In this document: piece by piece, positions 25,843 through 38,910 of the stretch
How the letters are laid out: each line of letters starts with the position of its first letter
How positions within the stretch are numbered: the first letter of the stretch is position 1
NCBI RefSeq assembly: GCF_004010195.1
Contig: NC_057718.1
Coordinates: 8,021,552-8,085,551 of the forward strand
Length of the DNA: 64,000 nt
Reading direction: 5' to 3'
Origin: Chiloscyllium plagiosum
Lineage: Eukaryota
The notes under the pieces: generated by a model
Told to the model about the DNA's origin: nothing
Databases searched by the model: none
The model's input: the letters and a program-made list of their open reading frames with translations, nothing else
Position numbers and translations under genes: made by a program

Positions 25843-28800
25843 AGAACATAGAACATTAGAGCACAGTACAGGCCTTTCAGCCCTCAATGTTGTGCTGACC
25901 TGTGGAACCAATCTGAAGCCCATCTAACCTATACTATTCCATTTTCATCCATATGTTTATCCAATGACGATTTAAATGCCCTTAAAGTTGGCGAGTCTAC
26001 TACTGTTGCGGGCAGGGCACTCCATGCCTCTACTACTCTCTGAGTAAAGCAACGACGTCTGACATCTGTCCTATATCTATCACCCCTCAATTTAAAGCTA
26101 TGTCCCCTCATGCTTGCCAAATGCCCTTAAAGTTGGCGAGTGTACTACTGTTGAAGGCAGGGCACTCCATGCCTCTACTACTCTCTGAGTAAAGCAACGA
26201 CGTCTGACATCTGTCCTATATCTATCACCCCTCAATTTAAAGCTATGTCCCCTCATGCTTGCCATCACCATCTGAGGAAAAAGGCTCTCACTGTCCACCC
26301 TATCTAACCCTCTGATTATCTTATATGTCTCAATAAGTCACCTCTCAACCTTCTTCTCTCTAATGAAAACAGCCTCAAGTCCCTCAGTCTTTCCTCATAA
26401 GACCCTGCATTCATACCAGGCAACATCTTAGTAAATCTCCTCTGAACCCTTTCCAAAGCTTCCACATCCTTCCTATAATGCAGTAACCAGAACTGTACAC
26501 AATACTCCAAGTGCGGCCTTACCAGTGTGTTGTACAGCTGAAGCATGACCTCATGGCTCAGAAACTCAATCTCCCCCTACCAATAAAGCTAACACAATGT
26601 ATGCCTTCTTAACAACCCTATTAACCTTGGTGGCAACTTTCAGGGATCTGTGTACATGGACACTGAGATCTCTCTGCTCATCTACAGTACCAAGAATCTT
26701 ACCATTCGCCCAGTGCTCTGCATTCCTGTTACTCCTTTCAAAGTGAATCACCTCACACTTTTCCGCATTAAACTCCATTTGCCATCTCTCAGCCCAGCTC
26801 GGCAGTTTATCTATGTCCCTCTGTAACCTGCAACATCCTTCAACACTGTCCACAACTCCACTGTGCATGTCATCCGTACATTTACAAATCCATCTAGGTC
26901 ATTTATAAAAATGACAATCAGCAGTGGCCTCAAAACAGATCCTTGCTATACACTACAGTAACTGAATTTCAGGATGATCAACCTTCTGTCTTCTTTCAGC
27001 TTGCCAATTTCTGATCCAAACCGCTTAATCACCCTCAATTCCATGTCTCTGTATTTTGTGCAATAGCGTACTGTGGGAAACTTTATCAAACCCCTTACTG
27101 AAATCCATATACACCACATCAACTGCTTTACCCTCATCCACCTGTTTGATCACCTTCTCAAAGAACTCAGTAAGGTTTGTGAGACATGACCTACCCTTCA
27201 CAAAACCATTTTGACTATCCCTAATCAACTAATTCCTTTCTTGATGATTATAAATCGTATCTTTTATAAGCTTTTCTAACACTTTACCCAGAACCAAAGT
27301 CAGGCTCTCTGGTCTGTAATGATCAGGGTTGTCTCTCCTCCCGTTCTTGAACAAGTGGGCAACATTTGCTATCCTCCAGTCTTCTGGCACTATTTCTGTA
27401 GACAATGACAACATAAAGATCAAAGCCAAAGGCTTGGCAATCTCTTCCCTGGCTTCCCAGGGAATCCTAAAGATAAATCCCATCAGGCCCAGGGGATTTA
27501 TCTATGTTCACACTTTCCAGAATTGCTAACACCTGCAGTTTGTGAACCTCAATCCCATCTATTCTAGTCGCCTGTATCTCAGTATTTTCCCTGACAACAT
27601 TTGGAGAAAGTGAGGACTGCAGATGCTGGAGATCAGAGTCGAGAGTGTGATGCTGGAAAAGCACAGCAGGTCAGGCAGCATCCGAGGAGCAGGAGAATCA
27701 ACGTTTCAGGCATCAGCCCTTCATCAGGAATCATGTCAGGCAGGGAGGAAGTGGTCGAGTGACGGAGCCGTGGTTTATTAAGGAAGTTGAATCTCTTGTC
27801 AAGAGGAAGAAGATGGCTCATGTTAGGATGAGATGTGAAGGTTCAGTCAGGGTGCTTTTGAGTTACAAGTTAGCCAGGAAAGACCTAAGGAGAGAACTAG
27901 GAAGAGCAAGGATACTGACTGACCTGCTGTGCTTTTCCAGCACTACACCACTCCTCAACAACATTGTCTTTATCCAGTGTGAATACTGATGAAAAATATT
28001 TATTTAGTGTTTCTCCTATCTGCTCAAACTCCACGCACAACTTCCCACTACTGTCTTTGATTGGTCCTAATCTTTCTCTAGTCATTCTTTTATTCTAGAT
28101 ATACCTATAGAAAGCCTTAGGGTTTTCCTTCATCCTATCTGCCAATGACTTCTTATGTCCCCTCCTTGCTCTTCCTAGTTCTCTCTTTAGGTCTTTCCTG
28201 GCTAACTTGTAACTCAAAAGCACCCTGACTGAACCTTCACATCTCATCCTAACATGAGCCATCTTCTTTCTCTTGACAAGAGATTCAACTTCCTTAGTAA
28301 ACCACGGCTCCGTCACTCGACCACTTCCTCCCTGCCTGACATGTACATACTTATCAAGGACAAGCAGTAGCTGTTCCTTAAATAAGCTCCACATTTCAAT
28401 TGTGCCCATCCCCTGCAGTTTCCTTCCCCATCCTAAATCTTGCTTAATTGCATCATAATTGCCTTTCCTCCAGTTATAACTCTTGCCCTGTGGTATATAC
28501 CTATCCCTTTCCATTGCTAAAGTAAGCATAACCAAATTGTGGTCACTATCACCAAAGTGTTCGCCTACCTCCAAATCTAACTCCTGGCTGGGTTCATTCC
28601 CCAGTACCAAATTCAATATGGCCTCGCCCTTTGTTGGTCTGTCTACATACTTTGGCAGGAAACTCTCCTGCACATATTGGACAAAAACTGACCCATCTAA
28701 AGTACTCAAATGATAGTATTTCCAGTCAATATTTGGAAAGTTAAAGTCCCCCATAATAACTACTCTATTACTCTCGCTCCTATTCCGGAATCATCTTTGT

Positions 28801-28852
28801 AATCCTTTCCTCTACATCTCTGGAACTGTTTGGAGGCCGATGGAAAACTCCC
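25843..28852 (-). mobile_element. 5'-truncated CR1 LINE, about 3 kb (end of APE endonuclease through RT and 3' UTR), fragmented
   Basis: [57 protein letters not shown]; tail gaacatagaacat; internal tandem duplication of about 144 bp at 25975-26262. Confidence 0.95.
27603..27952. mobile_element. Short Penelope-derived hammerhead element inserted in the CR1, carrying an inverted copy of nearby CR1 sequence
   Basis: ggagaaagtgaggactgcagatgctgg head; 27732-27912 is the reverse complement of 28163-28343; flanks share acaacatt. Confidence 0.8.
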
Positions 28853-28998
28853 ATGAGGTCGGGGAAGGTGAGAGGAAGAAACTGGTGAAGGTGACATTGA
28901 TGTCATGCGGTTGGAGGGTCTCAAAAAGATCCCCAGAATATTGCCACTTTTTAAAATCGCTGTAATCTATGGTTTAAAAAAAGAATCTAATTAACTAC

Positions 28999-29113
28999 CA
29001 GCTTCTGCTTGCATATTGCTCTTGATTTGCGATACAGGACAGATATTGGGTGGTCCTTGGTCTGGCTGCTTTCCAAATATATTGGGCTGGTTTTTCTTCT
29101 GAGGAACAGTTCA
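28999..29113 (-). CDS. ADGRG6: GPR126-like exon: HormR domain part 1 (NCSSEEKPAQYIWKAARPRTTQYLSCIANQEQYASRSC), phase 1-2
   Basis: ttctttatccacag|TG...AGCTG|gtagtt; 115 nt; C...W...C...ASR.C pattern. Confidence 0.9.
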
Positions 29114-29881
29114 CTGTGGATAAAGAACAGCGTGACTTGAAGTATCCAGCACAGGGGGATATTCATGGCTAACATCATTAACAGAAGCAATACACAAACA
29201 GTAATGTTTTAGAAAAAAGGGATTTGTGAATCCATGTATTTTGGTCATTAAAGAATCACGGGCTGAAACTCCGAAGTACCATTGCAATATTTATCTCAAG
29301 AAATCCGGATACACAAAGGATGATATGCTTTTGTTACAGTGAGCAATATAATCTTTTCTGTTTGTAACTCTCCTGGGAATGTGCTGTGCTATTTGTCAAC
29401 ACTATGCTTTGGGGGTAACAAAGCTGCACTCTCTGGATACAGATGTTTCTTTTAACTTGCCTATTGCATTAATTTACACCTCTATATCTATCCCATCAAA
29501 CTCTGTCATTATCTTAAAGGCCACAACTGGGCCATTCCTACATCTCTATTCAAGGGTAAAAGTCTTCAACCTGGGTTGATCTTGAACCCACCCAGCCCAT
29601 CATTCGTCTGATGGCTAATCTCTCATTGGAGATAGTGAAGACTGCAGATGCTGGAAAGTCACGAGTTGATAAAATGTGGAGTTTGGAAAAAGCACAGCAG
29701 GTCAATCAGCATCAGAAGGGCAGGAGAGTCAACGTCATGGGCAGTCCTGATGAAGGGTCCTGTCCAAAACGTCGATTCCCATGCTTTTCTGACGTTGCTT
29801 GATCTGCTATGCTTTTTCCATCTATTTTCTCACTGGAGACAATGACCAGGTTACGCGACATTATCTCACTTCTTCACTTAC

Positions 29882-30024
29882 CTACAGGTTGCACCTGAAT
29901 GGACTCTATGGAAAGGTTATTTCCGATGCCTGAAGATGTGTTTCTCAGCCTCTCTTGGACTATCCTTTCTTCAAGGTAGACATTTTTGGTAATATTGTAA
30001 TACAAGATGGCCACGCATTCATAG
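29882..30024 (-). CDS. ADGRG6: GPR126-like exon: SEA C-terminal part (YECVAILYYNITKNVYLEERIVQERLRNTSSGIGNNLSIESIQVQPV), phase 2-1
   Basis: ttttctcttcag|C...CCTGTAG|gtaagt; 143 nt and open. Confidence 0.88.
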
Positions 30025-30534
30025 CTGAAGAGAAAATAGCACACAATAACAGAGGAACTGAGATCAATTATCTAGTTATGAACAATGCATAATTAAGTTT
30101 AACGTGCTTTTCATAGTGTTGTGCATGACAAAGGGGACACATGGCTTTAGGTTAATTCTTAGAACTGTTCTTGTGAACTTGGTGCTGGGAAATCTGGAGA
30201 CTAGTTATATGCATGCATTTTTAATAAGGTTTTGCATGTTAGTACACAACTTAGGAGTTGATGAGAAAAGAGACATGGTGTTGAAGCTTGTCAAAACGCA
30301 GTCATCAGGACATGTGCAAGAATGCCAAACATCAAAGACAGCAACTGGTCCTACTGCATGAGAGACAGTTGCTGATTGGTTGGCAAGTGGATTTTGACTG
30401 ATTAATGTTTTACCATGGAGAATGAAACAGGGAACTATTTTCCCAAATGTTTTTGTTTAATTCAAGGCAAGCAGAAAGCCTGGATATGTTTATTATGTTT
30501 TCCTGAAGTGGACAGGTCTCTCTTTATGAGTATG

Positions 30535-30752
30535 GTTAAAAATCACACAACACCCAGTTATAGTCCGACAGGTTTATTTGGAAGCACTAGCTTTCAGAGA
30601 GCTGTTCCTTCATCAGGTGGTTGTGGAGCAGGACAACCTGATGAAGGAGCAGCGCACTAAAAGCTAGTGCTTCCAAATGAACCTGTTGGACTATAACCTG
30701 GTGCTGTGAGATTTCTAACTTTGTCCACCCCAGTCCAACAGGCCCCTCCACT
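30535..30752. mobile_element. Short palindromic Penelope-derived element
   Basis: Same inverted arms as 12549-12798; contains ctgatgaaggagc. Confidence 0.8.
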
Positions 30753-31472
30753 TTATGAACATGTGCAGCCTCTAGAGTTGACTTGCCAGCCAACCAACCA
30801 GCCTCTTTTTCCCACGTAGCTCCTCTGAAACATCGCATTCTTACATCTGCCTTAATGAGCAAACGACGAAAAGTGTTAACATCATATTTTTCTCCACAAC
30901 ATTCAAAAAAAAAGGAGACGCTTTCTGAACTGGAATCAAAATGTCCTGAAGCACTATCTCTGAATGACTTATGATGGCAGCCCAGAGTCGATTATGTGGG
31001 GACTGCAGGTCAGGACTGGATGTAGGTGACAGAATTTTGTTCCCTGACAGGCATTTAGTGAACCAAATGGGTTCTTAGGGAATCAACATTGATTAAATGG
31101 TTGTCATTAGAGTATTTATTTATTTTTTTAAATTCCTTTTTTCAATCAAATGCAAATTTCATCATCTGTCATGGCAGGATTCATGTCTCCGGAACACTAG
31201 CCTGAGATTCTGGATTACGAGACCAGTGACAAATCTTCCCATAGATTGAGATCACTTTGCAAATACTTACAGTTAGGAAGAAAGCATAACTAAGTGTAAT
31301 GTGTTTTTCATTGTGTTGCGCATTACGAAGGTGGGGACTCAGTTTTAATTCAATTTTTAGATCTTGGTGCTGGGAAACCTGAGACTTATTGTAAGCATGC
31401 ATTTTTAATAAGGTTTTACAATCAAAAAGACAACACAGTCTAAAGATAGAAAGCAAAATATTTATTTCTTAC

Positions 31473-31532
31473 CTTGTGGAATCAATTGATCTGGAAATGC
31501 GGCGAGGTACAGTTTTGTTGTTTTGAAGAATC
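31473..31532 (-). CDS. ADGRG6: GPR126-like exon: SEA loop with furin-type site (ILQNNKTVPRRISRSIDST), phase 2-2
   Basis: ttctgtttactggttag|G...CACAAG|gtaaga; 60 nt; R-I-S-R|S motif at the position of the GPR126 furin site. Confidence 0.8.
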
Positions 31533-31874
31533 CTAACCAGTAAACAGAAAATAATTCTGATTTGTAAAGATGAACTTTTGAGTGGGATAGAAAGAAAAAA
31601 AAAGGCAATTGGGTTTGTTACAGGAATTTTTCCACTAAAGATTATCAGGAGAAAGTGGCAAAATGGGACTGAGTTGGATGGTCAGCCATAATCCTATTGA
31701 ATGGCAGGACGAGGTCAAAGGGCTGAATGGCCTACTGCTCCTCCTATTTTCTATGTTTCTATGTGTAGTGCCATTCCATAAATTGCTACGTTTATGAAAA
31801 ACAGAATCTGTATTTGAATGGACTCATAAGAACAGAAGAGTTAGCCTGCACATTCATTTGATAAGATCATGGCC

Positions 31875-32082
31875 GAGGAGAAAGTGAGGACTGCAGATGC
31901 TGGAGATCAGAGCTGAAAATGTGTTGCTGGAAAAGCGCAGCAGGTCAGGCAGCATCCAGGAAGCAGGAGAATCGACGTTTTGGGCATGAACCCTTCCTGA
32001 AGAAGGGCTCATGCCCGAAACGTCGATTCTCCTGCTCCCTGGATGCTTCCTGACCTGCTGCGCTTTTCCAGCAACATATTCC
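31875..32082. mobile_element. Short palindromic Penelope-derived element with minimal hammerhead motif and 12-bp TSD
   Basis: TSD aagatcatggcc at 31863-31874 and 32083-32094; ctgaagaagggctcatgcccgaaacgtc at 31997. Confidence 0.88.
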
Positions 32083-32921
32083 AAGATCATGGCCAAGTCC
32101 ACCTTCCTACCTCTTTCAGTATTTCTGCCAGTTCCCAATACAAAAAGTTAACGCAGAACACTGTGGATGCTGGAATTCGGAAATAAAATCAGGGGGCCCT
32201 GAAGAACATTAGTAGATCTGGCAGCATCTAGACCCAAAACTCTCTTTCTCTCTCCATTGATGTCAGCCGTGATGTGGAGGTGCTGGTGTTGGACTGGAGT
32301 GGACAAAGTCAAAAATTACATGGGTTTATTTGGAGCCCCGCTCCTTCTTCAGATAGGTACATTAGGTAGGAGCAGGGCTCCGCAAGCTCGTGGTTTCAAA
32401 TAAACCTGTTGGACTATAACCCAATGTCGTGTGATTTTTGCATCAAAAGTCTGTTAAGAACGCTTTCAACACAATGTGTTACACCAGAGTCACAGTTGGG
32501 GAAGAAGGTTGGTAATGCTCCATCATGGAATAAAGGTAACGTTGCCATGGTTTTACTGGACAATAGAGTTGCTCCTTCATTAAAGAGAGATGACTGGTGA
32601 TGGGTTAACCTGAGGTCACCACACCTCAGGCAAGGGGAGAGGTTGAGAAGGACAGTCCTTCAGGGTAACATCAGCCAGTGTGGGAACTGGACCCATACTG
32701 TTGGTGCTATTTTGCAGTGCAAACCAACATCCAGCATTCTAAGCTAGCTGACCCTCTCAGCCACTAACTCATGGAGACTCCAAAGCCAGCGCCTTCCAAA
32801 CCCAAGACCTCCACCATCTCGAAAACCAAAGGGGCAGCAGAAGTAGGGGAACACCAAATTCCCTTACAATCCAATATGTTGCTGCTGTTGTGTCGCTGGC
32901 TCAAACCCTGGAATTCCCAAC

Positions 32922-33421
32922 NNNNNNNNNNNNNNNNNNNNNNNNNNNNNNNNNNNNNNNNNNNNNNNNNNNNNNNNNNNNNNNNNNNNNNNNNNNNNNN
33001 NNNNNNNNNNNNNNNNNNNNNNNNNNNNNNNNNNNNNNNNNNNNNNNNNNNNNNNNNNNNNNNNNNNNNNNNNNNNNNNNNNNNNNNNNNNNNNNNNNNN
33101 NNNNNNNNNNNNNNNNNNNNNNNNNNNNNNNNNNNNNNNNNNNNNNNNNNNNNNNNNNNNNNNNNNNNNNNNNNNNNNNNNNNNNNNNNNNNNNNNNNNN
33201 NNNNNNNNNNNNNNNNNNNNNNNNNNNNNNNNNNNNNNNNNNNNNNNNNNNNNNNNNNNNNNNNNNNNNNNNNNNNNNNNNNNNNNNNNNNNNNNNNNNN
33301 NNNNNNNNNNNNNNNNNNNNNNNNNNNNNNNNNNNNNNNNNNNNNNNNNNNNNNNNNNNNNNNNNNNNNNNNNNNNNNNNNNNNNNNNNNNNNNNNNNNN
33401 NNNNNNNNNNNNNNNNNNNNN
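32922..33421. other. Assembly gap (500 N)
   Basis: Run of N. Confidence 1.
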
Positions 33422-33575
33422 CTTATAGAGATTTATAAAATCATGAGGTGCATGGATAGGGTAAATAGGCAAAGTCTTTTCCCTGGGGTAGGGGAGTTCA
33501 AACGTAGAGGGCATAGGTTTAAGGTGAGAGGGGAAAGAAATAAAAGAGACCTTAGGGCAACTTTTTCATGCAGAG

Positions 33576-33614
<39 letters not shown>

Positions 33615-33826
33615 ATGAGCTGTCAGAGGAAGTGGTGGAGACTGGTACAATTACAACATTTATGAGGCATTTGGATGGGTATATGAATAGGAAGGGTTTG
33701 GAGGGATATGGGCCGGATGCTGGCAGGTGGGACTAGATTGGGTTGGGATATCTGGTCAGCATGGATGGGTTGGATCGAAGTGTCTGTTTCCATGCTGTAT
33801 ATCACTATGAGGCTATGACTCTATGA
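33422..33826 (+). mobile_element. CR1 LINE 3' fragment with an internal (TG)n expansion, followed by a partial HE1 SINE
   Basis: LIEIYKIMR.MDRVNRQSLFP; (tg)n at about 33578-33609; (ctatga)n tail. Confidence 0.88.
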
Positions 33827-34619
33827 CACTGCTGTCTGTGTGGAGTTTGTACATTCTCCTTGTGTCTGCGTGGGTTTCCTCAGAGTGCTCCGGTTTCCTT
33901 CCGCAATCCAAAAATGTGCAGTTCAGATGGATTGGCTGTGCTAAATTGCCTATAATGTTCAGGGACGTGTTAGTTAGGGGTAAAGTCCATGCCAGTCAAA
34001 ACAATCATCTAACTATTCCACTCCCATTTCCCAGTACTTGGCCCACAGCCTTGTGTGCCTTGGTATTGCAAGAACACATCTAAATATTTCTTAAATGTGA
34101 TTATGGTTTCTGTCTCTACCAATTTGATGGGCTGAATGGCCTTACTTCCACTTCTATGTCTTATGGTCTAACCTTAGAGGCAGGGAGTTCCAGGTTCCCA
34201 CCATCCTCTGGGTGAAATGATTTTCCTCACATCTCCTCTCAACCTCCTACTTTAAATCTACCATCCCAGTCATTGATCGCTCTACCAGGGGAATGGTTCC
34301 TTCCTGTCTATCCTGTCTCTGCCCCTCATAATTTTATACATCTCAGTTTTAGAGTATCAATATATTTTATACGGTCTGCCCTCAGTACCACAAAGAAAAG
34401 CATGTCAAACTGATCAAGTAGTCACATATCTTTGGGCTCCTTGTATGGGAAATGGTCCCAAAATCTCATAATTATCCATTGTTACATGGGAGTTGAGGTT
34501 TCGGTGTTGTAAGGGGAAGGCAGGATAAGTAATGGATCAAAAAGAAAAAACAATCAAGGAAGATTGTTCCTTATCCTTGGCTCTCAAGTCCAGGTCACAT
34601 TTGGAACCTATATACTGAT

Positions 34620-34840
34620 TGCAATGAAGTCAGCCAGGTGGACCTCATAGAATATGAGTTCCCTGATTAAGGCTGTTAACCTGATCCAGTCAGGGAGCCC
34701 TGGCTGACATATATAAGGGACAGAGGTTCTGTTCACTCTGAGAGCTAGCTCTGAAGGAGCTGGATCAGTGTCAAGGACTCTCCATGTTTAAATAAAAGGG
34801 GACTTGGTGATGAGATATCAGTCTCTGTGAAGTTATTTCA
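34620..34840 (+). mobile_element. Possible short solo LTR
   Basis: TG...CA termini, internal TATA (atatataa) and AATAAA; no clear TSD. Confidence 0.5.
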
Positions 34841-35045
34841 ACCCACATGAATATTCCCTTTTCTAACCAGATGTCATTGTAATAAAGACAGATGGTAGTG
34901 TCGTGGGAATGTCATTGCACTAATAATCCCAGGGCCCTAGCCAAAGCTTTGGGCAAAAGCAGGTTCACATTTAAATTCAATGAATAAGTCTGGAAATATA
35001 AAGTCACTCATGGTGAACATTAAAACCAAAAGAACTGTGGATGCT

Positions 35046-35742
35046 TATTACAACACGGGATAAACCCTCCTGCTCAATTTAACCCAGCAACACAGAAAAG
35101 ATATATTCCATGCTGTAACCTGTGAAAATTCGATAGGCCAAGAACTAGTTAAAGTAAAAATTAACAACTTTATTTCTTTAAGTATAACAGAGAATAATTA
35201 ACTAGCAACTATTTATAATTCCTTCCTCTAACCTATCGTTTACTGTCCATTCTACAATACTAGTCCAATAAAACCACCAATTAAGACTTACAAAATAAAA
35301 CTTCTTATCTCAAAACAGGCAGCTTTTTGTTCTTCTCTGTATTCCTGTCTTCTTTTCTTCTTCTTGGGGATTCTGCTACACAGGTTACTGATCAATAAAG
35401 GTACCTTTAAGAGAGCTATTTTTCAGGCAGTCTCTACATGCTGGCTTGGCAGTTCTCTCCCCCAACTGTTCAATTTTCCCCGGTCTTATACTCCCAAAGC
35501 ATTGGATTGCATCACTGGTTTTTAAGATCATCGATATACTACATTCAAACTTTGTCGGAGTTTAGTTTTTTGGGGGCAGGTATAATTTAAACTGTTTGGT
35601 CGAATTCAGATCTGTTTTTTGTTGTTTCCAGGCAACCAGTTACCCCAGTAGCTGGAGCACATTGTGTCTTATTGAGAACACTTGGTGCTGTCACTACTCG
35701 CTTTACTCTCTTAAAGTACAGTACACCCACATCATCATAACG
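35046..35742 (-). mobile_element. Solo LTR (about 697 bp) inserted into a short repeat
   Basis: 5-bp TSD atgct at 35041-35045 and 35743-35747. Termini tattac.../...ataacg look like mutated TG..CA. It interrupts the gaactgtggatgct|gtaaatcagaaacaaaaacagaa repeat, seen intact at about 58315. Minus-strand AATAAA near 35170. Confidence 0.75.
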
Positions 35743-36377
35743 ATGCTGTAAATCAGAAACAAAAACAGAAGTAGCCAGAAAAGCTCAGCAGGTCTGGTAG
35801 GATCAGAAATACATTCTGATGAAGGATCACTCAAATGAAATATTAACTCTAACTTCTCTCCACAGATACTACTTGGCCAGCTGAGCTTTTCCAGCCATTT
35901 CTGTTTTTATTTGTTGCTGACAGTGACCATCAATGCTATCAAACCCCATTTGGTTCTCTAATATCCTTTGAAAAAGGCAATCTGCCATCCTTACCTGATC
36001 TGGCCTACATGTCACTCCAGGCCCAGGGCAATGTGATTAACTCTTTAAGTACTTTCCGAAATGGCCGACAGAGACACTCAGTTCAAGCATCATTAGAGTT
36101 GAGCAACAAATACTGGCCTTGCTGTGATACCCTCATCTTATTAATGAAAGAAGAAATGTCCTTGCATTTGGCATCCAAAACTAGGGGGTTTAGCTCAACA
36201 TGAAATCCTCCCCTACCCCAGTCTCTGCTGCTTACCTGCTCTCAGTCTTCACCAGATGAGTAGTGATGGGGTGATAGAGGGAGGCCTTACTGAGGAGGCT
36301 ATTACTGACACACAAAATGAGCATGGTGGTCCATTAGCTGCAGAAGAACTAAGAAAAGGCCAACTGAGAGTACTTAC

Positions 36378-36466
36378 CCAGTTTGATATTCTTTGCTCCA
36401 GATCTGCTATGTTCATGTCCCCAATCTCATCATGGACCGTAAACTGCGTCATGTATAAAAGTCCCC
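36378..36466 (-). CDS. ADGRG6: GPR126-like exon: start of SEA domain (GLLYMTQFTVHDEIGDMNIADLEQRISNW), phase 1-0
   Basis: ttctcgccgcacag|GG...AACTGG|gtaagt; 89 nt; ends in the Trp seen at the equivalent GPR126 exon end. Confidence 0.85.
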
Positions 36467-38910
36467 CTGTGCGGCGAGAACAGAGAAATGTTATGACTCA
36501 TGTCACCTCCCACACCCTCCATCCTCAAAACACACGTGGCTTCCTAAGATCACGGAGAATAGCCATGATGGATATTCATTCTGAACCTGATTAGAGATTA
36601 GATTAGATTAGATTACTTACAGTGTGGAAACAGGCACTTCGGCCCAACAAGTCCACACCAACCCGCCGAAGCGCAACCCACCCAGACTCATTCCCCTACT
36701 AGTTGACAATTGGAGACTTAACAAATTCCTAAAGCCCCTCACAGTTTTTAACAGTGAGCAGGTTTCTGAGGAATCAGATATGATGAGAATTTCTCTTTCT
36801 AAACGTGACAAGTTATTGAAATTTGGAATAATCTGAAAAGGTGTACAGAGTCGAAACAACAGCAAACTCCAAAAGGGAGTCGGGAATAGAACCAAAAGTA
36901 AGAAATTTGTAAAGTGATTCAAAAAGAGGAGGGGAGTGGGATTAATTGGCTCACTCTTCCAAAGAGCTGGAATAGTCATGACGGGCTGAATGGCCTCCTC
37001 TGCGTCCTGTGGTTCGATCATTCAGAAGGTAAGCGTAGAGTGTGTGAGGTAGGAGCCAGTGGAACAGCTGGAGTTTAAGGTTGGATACAGTGGACCCGAC
37101 ACTATGTTGAGAAAAAAATGTACCTTCACAATGGACTTAAGGGATGGATGACAACCTAAAAAACAAATCTTATTTCTGACTCATCATCTGTGTTGGAATA
37201 CGGTTATTAATGTGTGAATGGATCTCTGATTCTCAAGTGTAGTTCTGTGAAATGCAGAATCCTGTAATTATAAGAGTGGTTTACTACAGACCAGGGGAAA
37301 CCTAAGTGACAAATGTGCAGACTTCATTGAGTGCTCTATATTGCTTGGCTCTCAGGAGGAAAGGAAGCAAAGAGGTAATCACCCTCTTTCACCCAGTTAC
37401 AAATGCTGGAAGTAGCATTGATCGGTTAGATCTCCTGCACACTCAACCCCAGTACTGACAGAAAAGCGAGTGCCACACAAGAACTGTGCAAGGGGTTAGT
37501 CCGCACAGTCCTCTCTAGATGGCGCCTTTCACATGGCTAATGGGGGCTGGTGCGTTACAATTAGAGGTGAACGATAAATCTTTGGATTGTGATTGTTTGC
37601 CGGAGATCGAGAGGGGGATGGAAATTAAACCACTTGATAGAAATAAATGAAGCACGTGGAATTAAGCCTCTCAGCAGAGAGAAAATTAAATGCCAGAGTA
37701 CAGTTTCGCTGACAATATTCCTCGTCCTAACTCTGCCTCAAACACGAGGCTGCAATTTATGGGGTGTTCTTTTGGGGCTGGGGAGGCTTTAGCCCCAGGG
37801 TTGTGCCAACTGCGCCACAGCTGGGTGTAAAACCACTCCCCATCTATTTCACACCAACAGGCAATGCTAAATACCACATGATCAGGAGGTTGGCAAGCTC
37901 GTTAACTGGTCTTTCCTAAAAGGAGTCCAGGCCTCCGATCTCTGTGGTCTCTTGCCCTCCGTAATTCCGAAGGTAGGCATCAGCAGGCCATGGTTTCTCT
38001 TTGTACACAAAGAGACTCGTGGTTAGCACCCGGAAAATCCAGCCCCCACTGTTCTGTAATCACACCAATCATAAAGATTGGTGTCGCATTTCATTGGAGA
38101 CAAACCACATCCAATGGACTCAAAGGGTTAACATACAAAGCATTGGGCGAAATTGGGTTGAAATTTTGGTGTTTGCAAACCGGACCTGACCAGAAGTTGA
38201 GGATGTGAACCATTTCAGTTGTTCTTCATTTTGCACATTCAACCAGTAAACACCACACTGCCATCTCAGTCCAGAGCAGGGCAGAATAATCTATAGCTAC
38301 AGTTAAGCAAAAACTGACAACTCTCTTCCTCCCCTTCATATGGAGCGTGTTCCACAGTGCCAGGTTTATAAACCCACAACATTCACAGTTGCAGTCATGC
38401 TTTGAAGTCTCTCCTTCCATGAGAAACAAACATTTCTGCTGGAGCCAATAAATCTTGAACCAAACTCCAGGAATGTGTTGCTCATCATAGAGAGAAACAG
38501 GTTGTTATTCATTAAAAGAGGAATTTCAATTTGCCATCCAGAAATTGCAAGAGTTTATTAAAAAATAAATAGTAACAGAATTATTTATTTTTGTGGCAGA
38601 GGGTAATGTCACTTTTTGCATGGCTACCCTTCAAGGGGAATGAACGTGTGGTAATTTGGTTCGGCTTTGGATGAATTTTTAATAGGAAAGTGATTTAATT
38701 ATCGCTGCTAATGCTATTCAGTAAGCTTTGCAAAAGGAAGGTATTCTATAACCACTAAGCTTCACTGCAATCAGCCATCTCCTCACATCATACTATCATC
38801 TAGAAGGTCTACAGATACAGCCCAGCATCTATGCAGGTGAGGCAACTATCAGCAGTGCTTTTCCGTGGTACACTCTGCTACAGATTTCTACAAGTGCAGC
38901 TAAGACATAC

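Noticed and set aside
25843..28852. Active LINE reverse transcriptase gene
   Set aside because: It is 5'-truncated, has multiple stops and frameshifts, and carries an internal duplication and a nested insertion.
36236..36304. AG/GT-bounded 69-nt segment as the missing SEA exon
   Set aside because: It starts with TAA in the required phase 0, is only 73 nt from the upstream exon and does not resemble the expected peptide.
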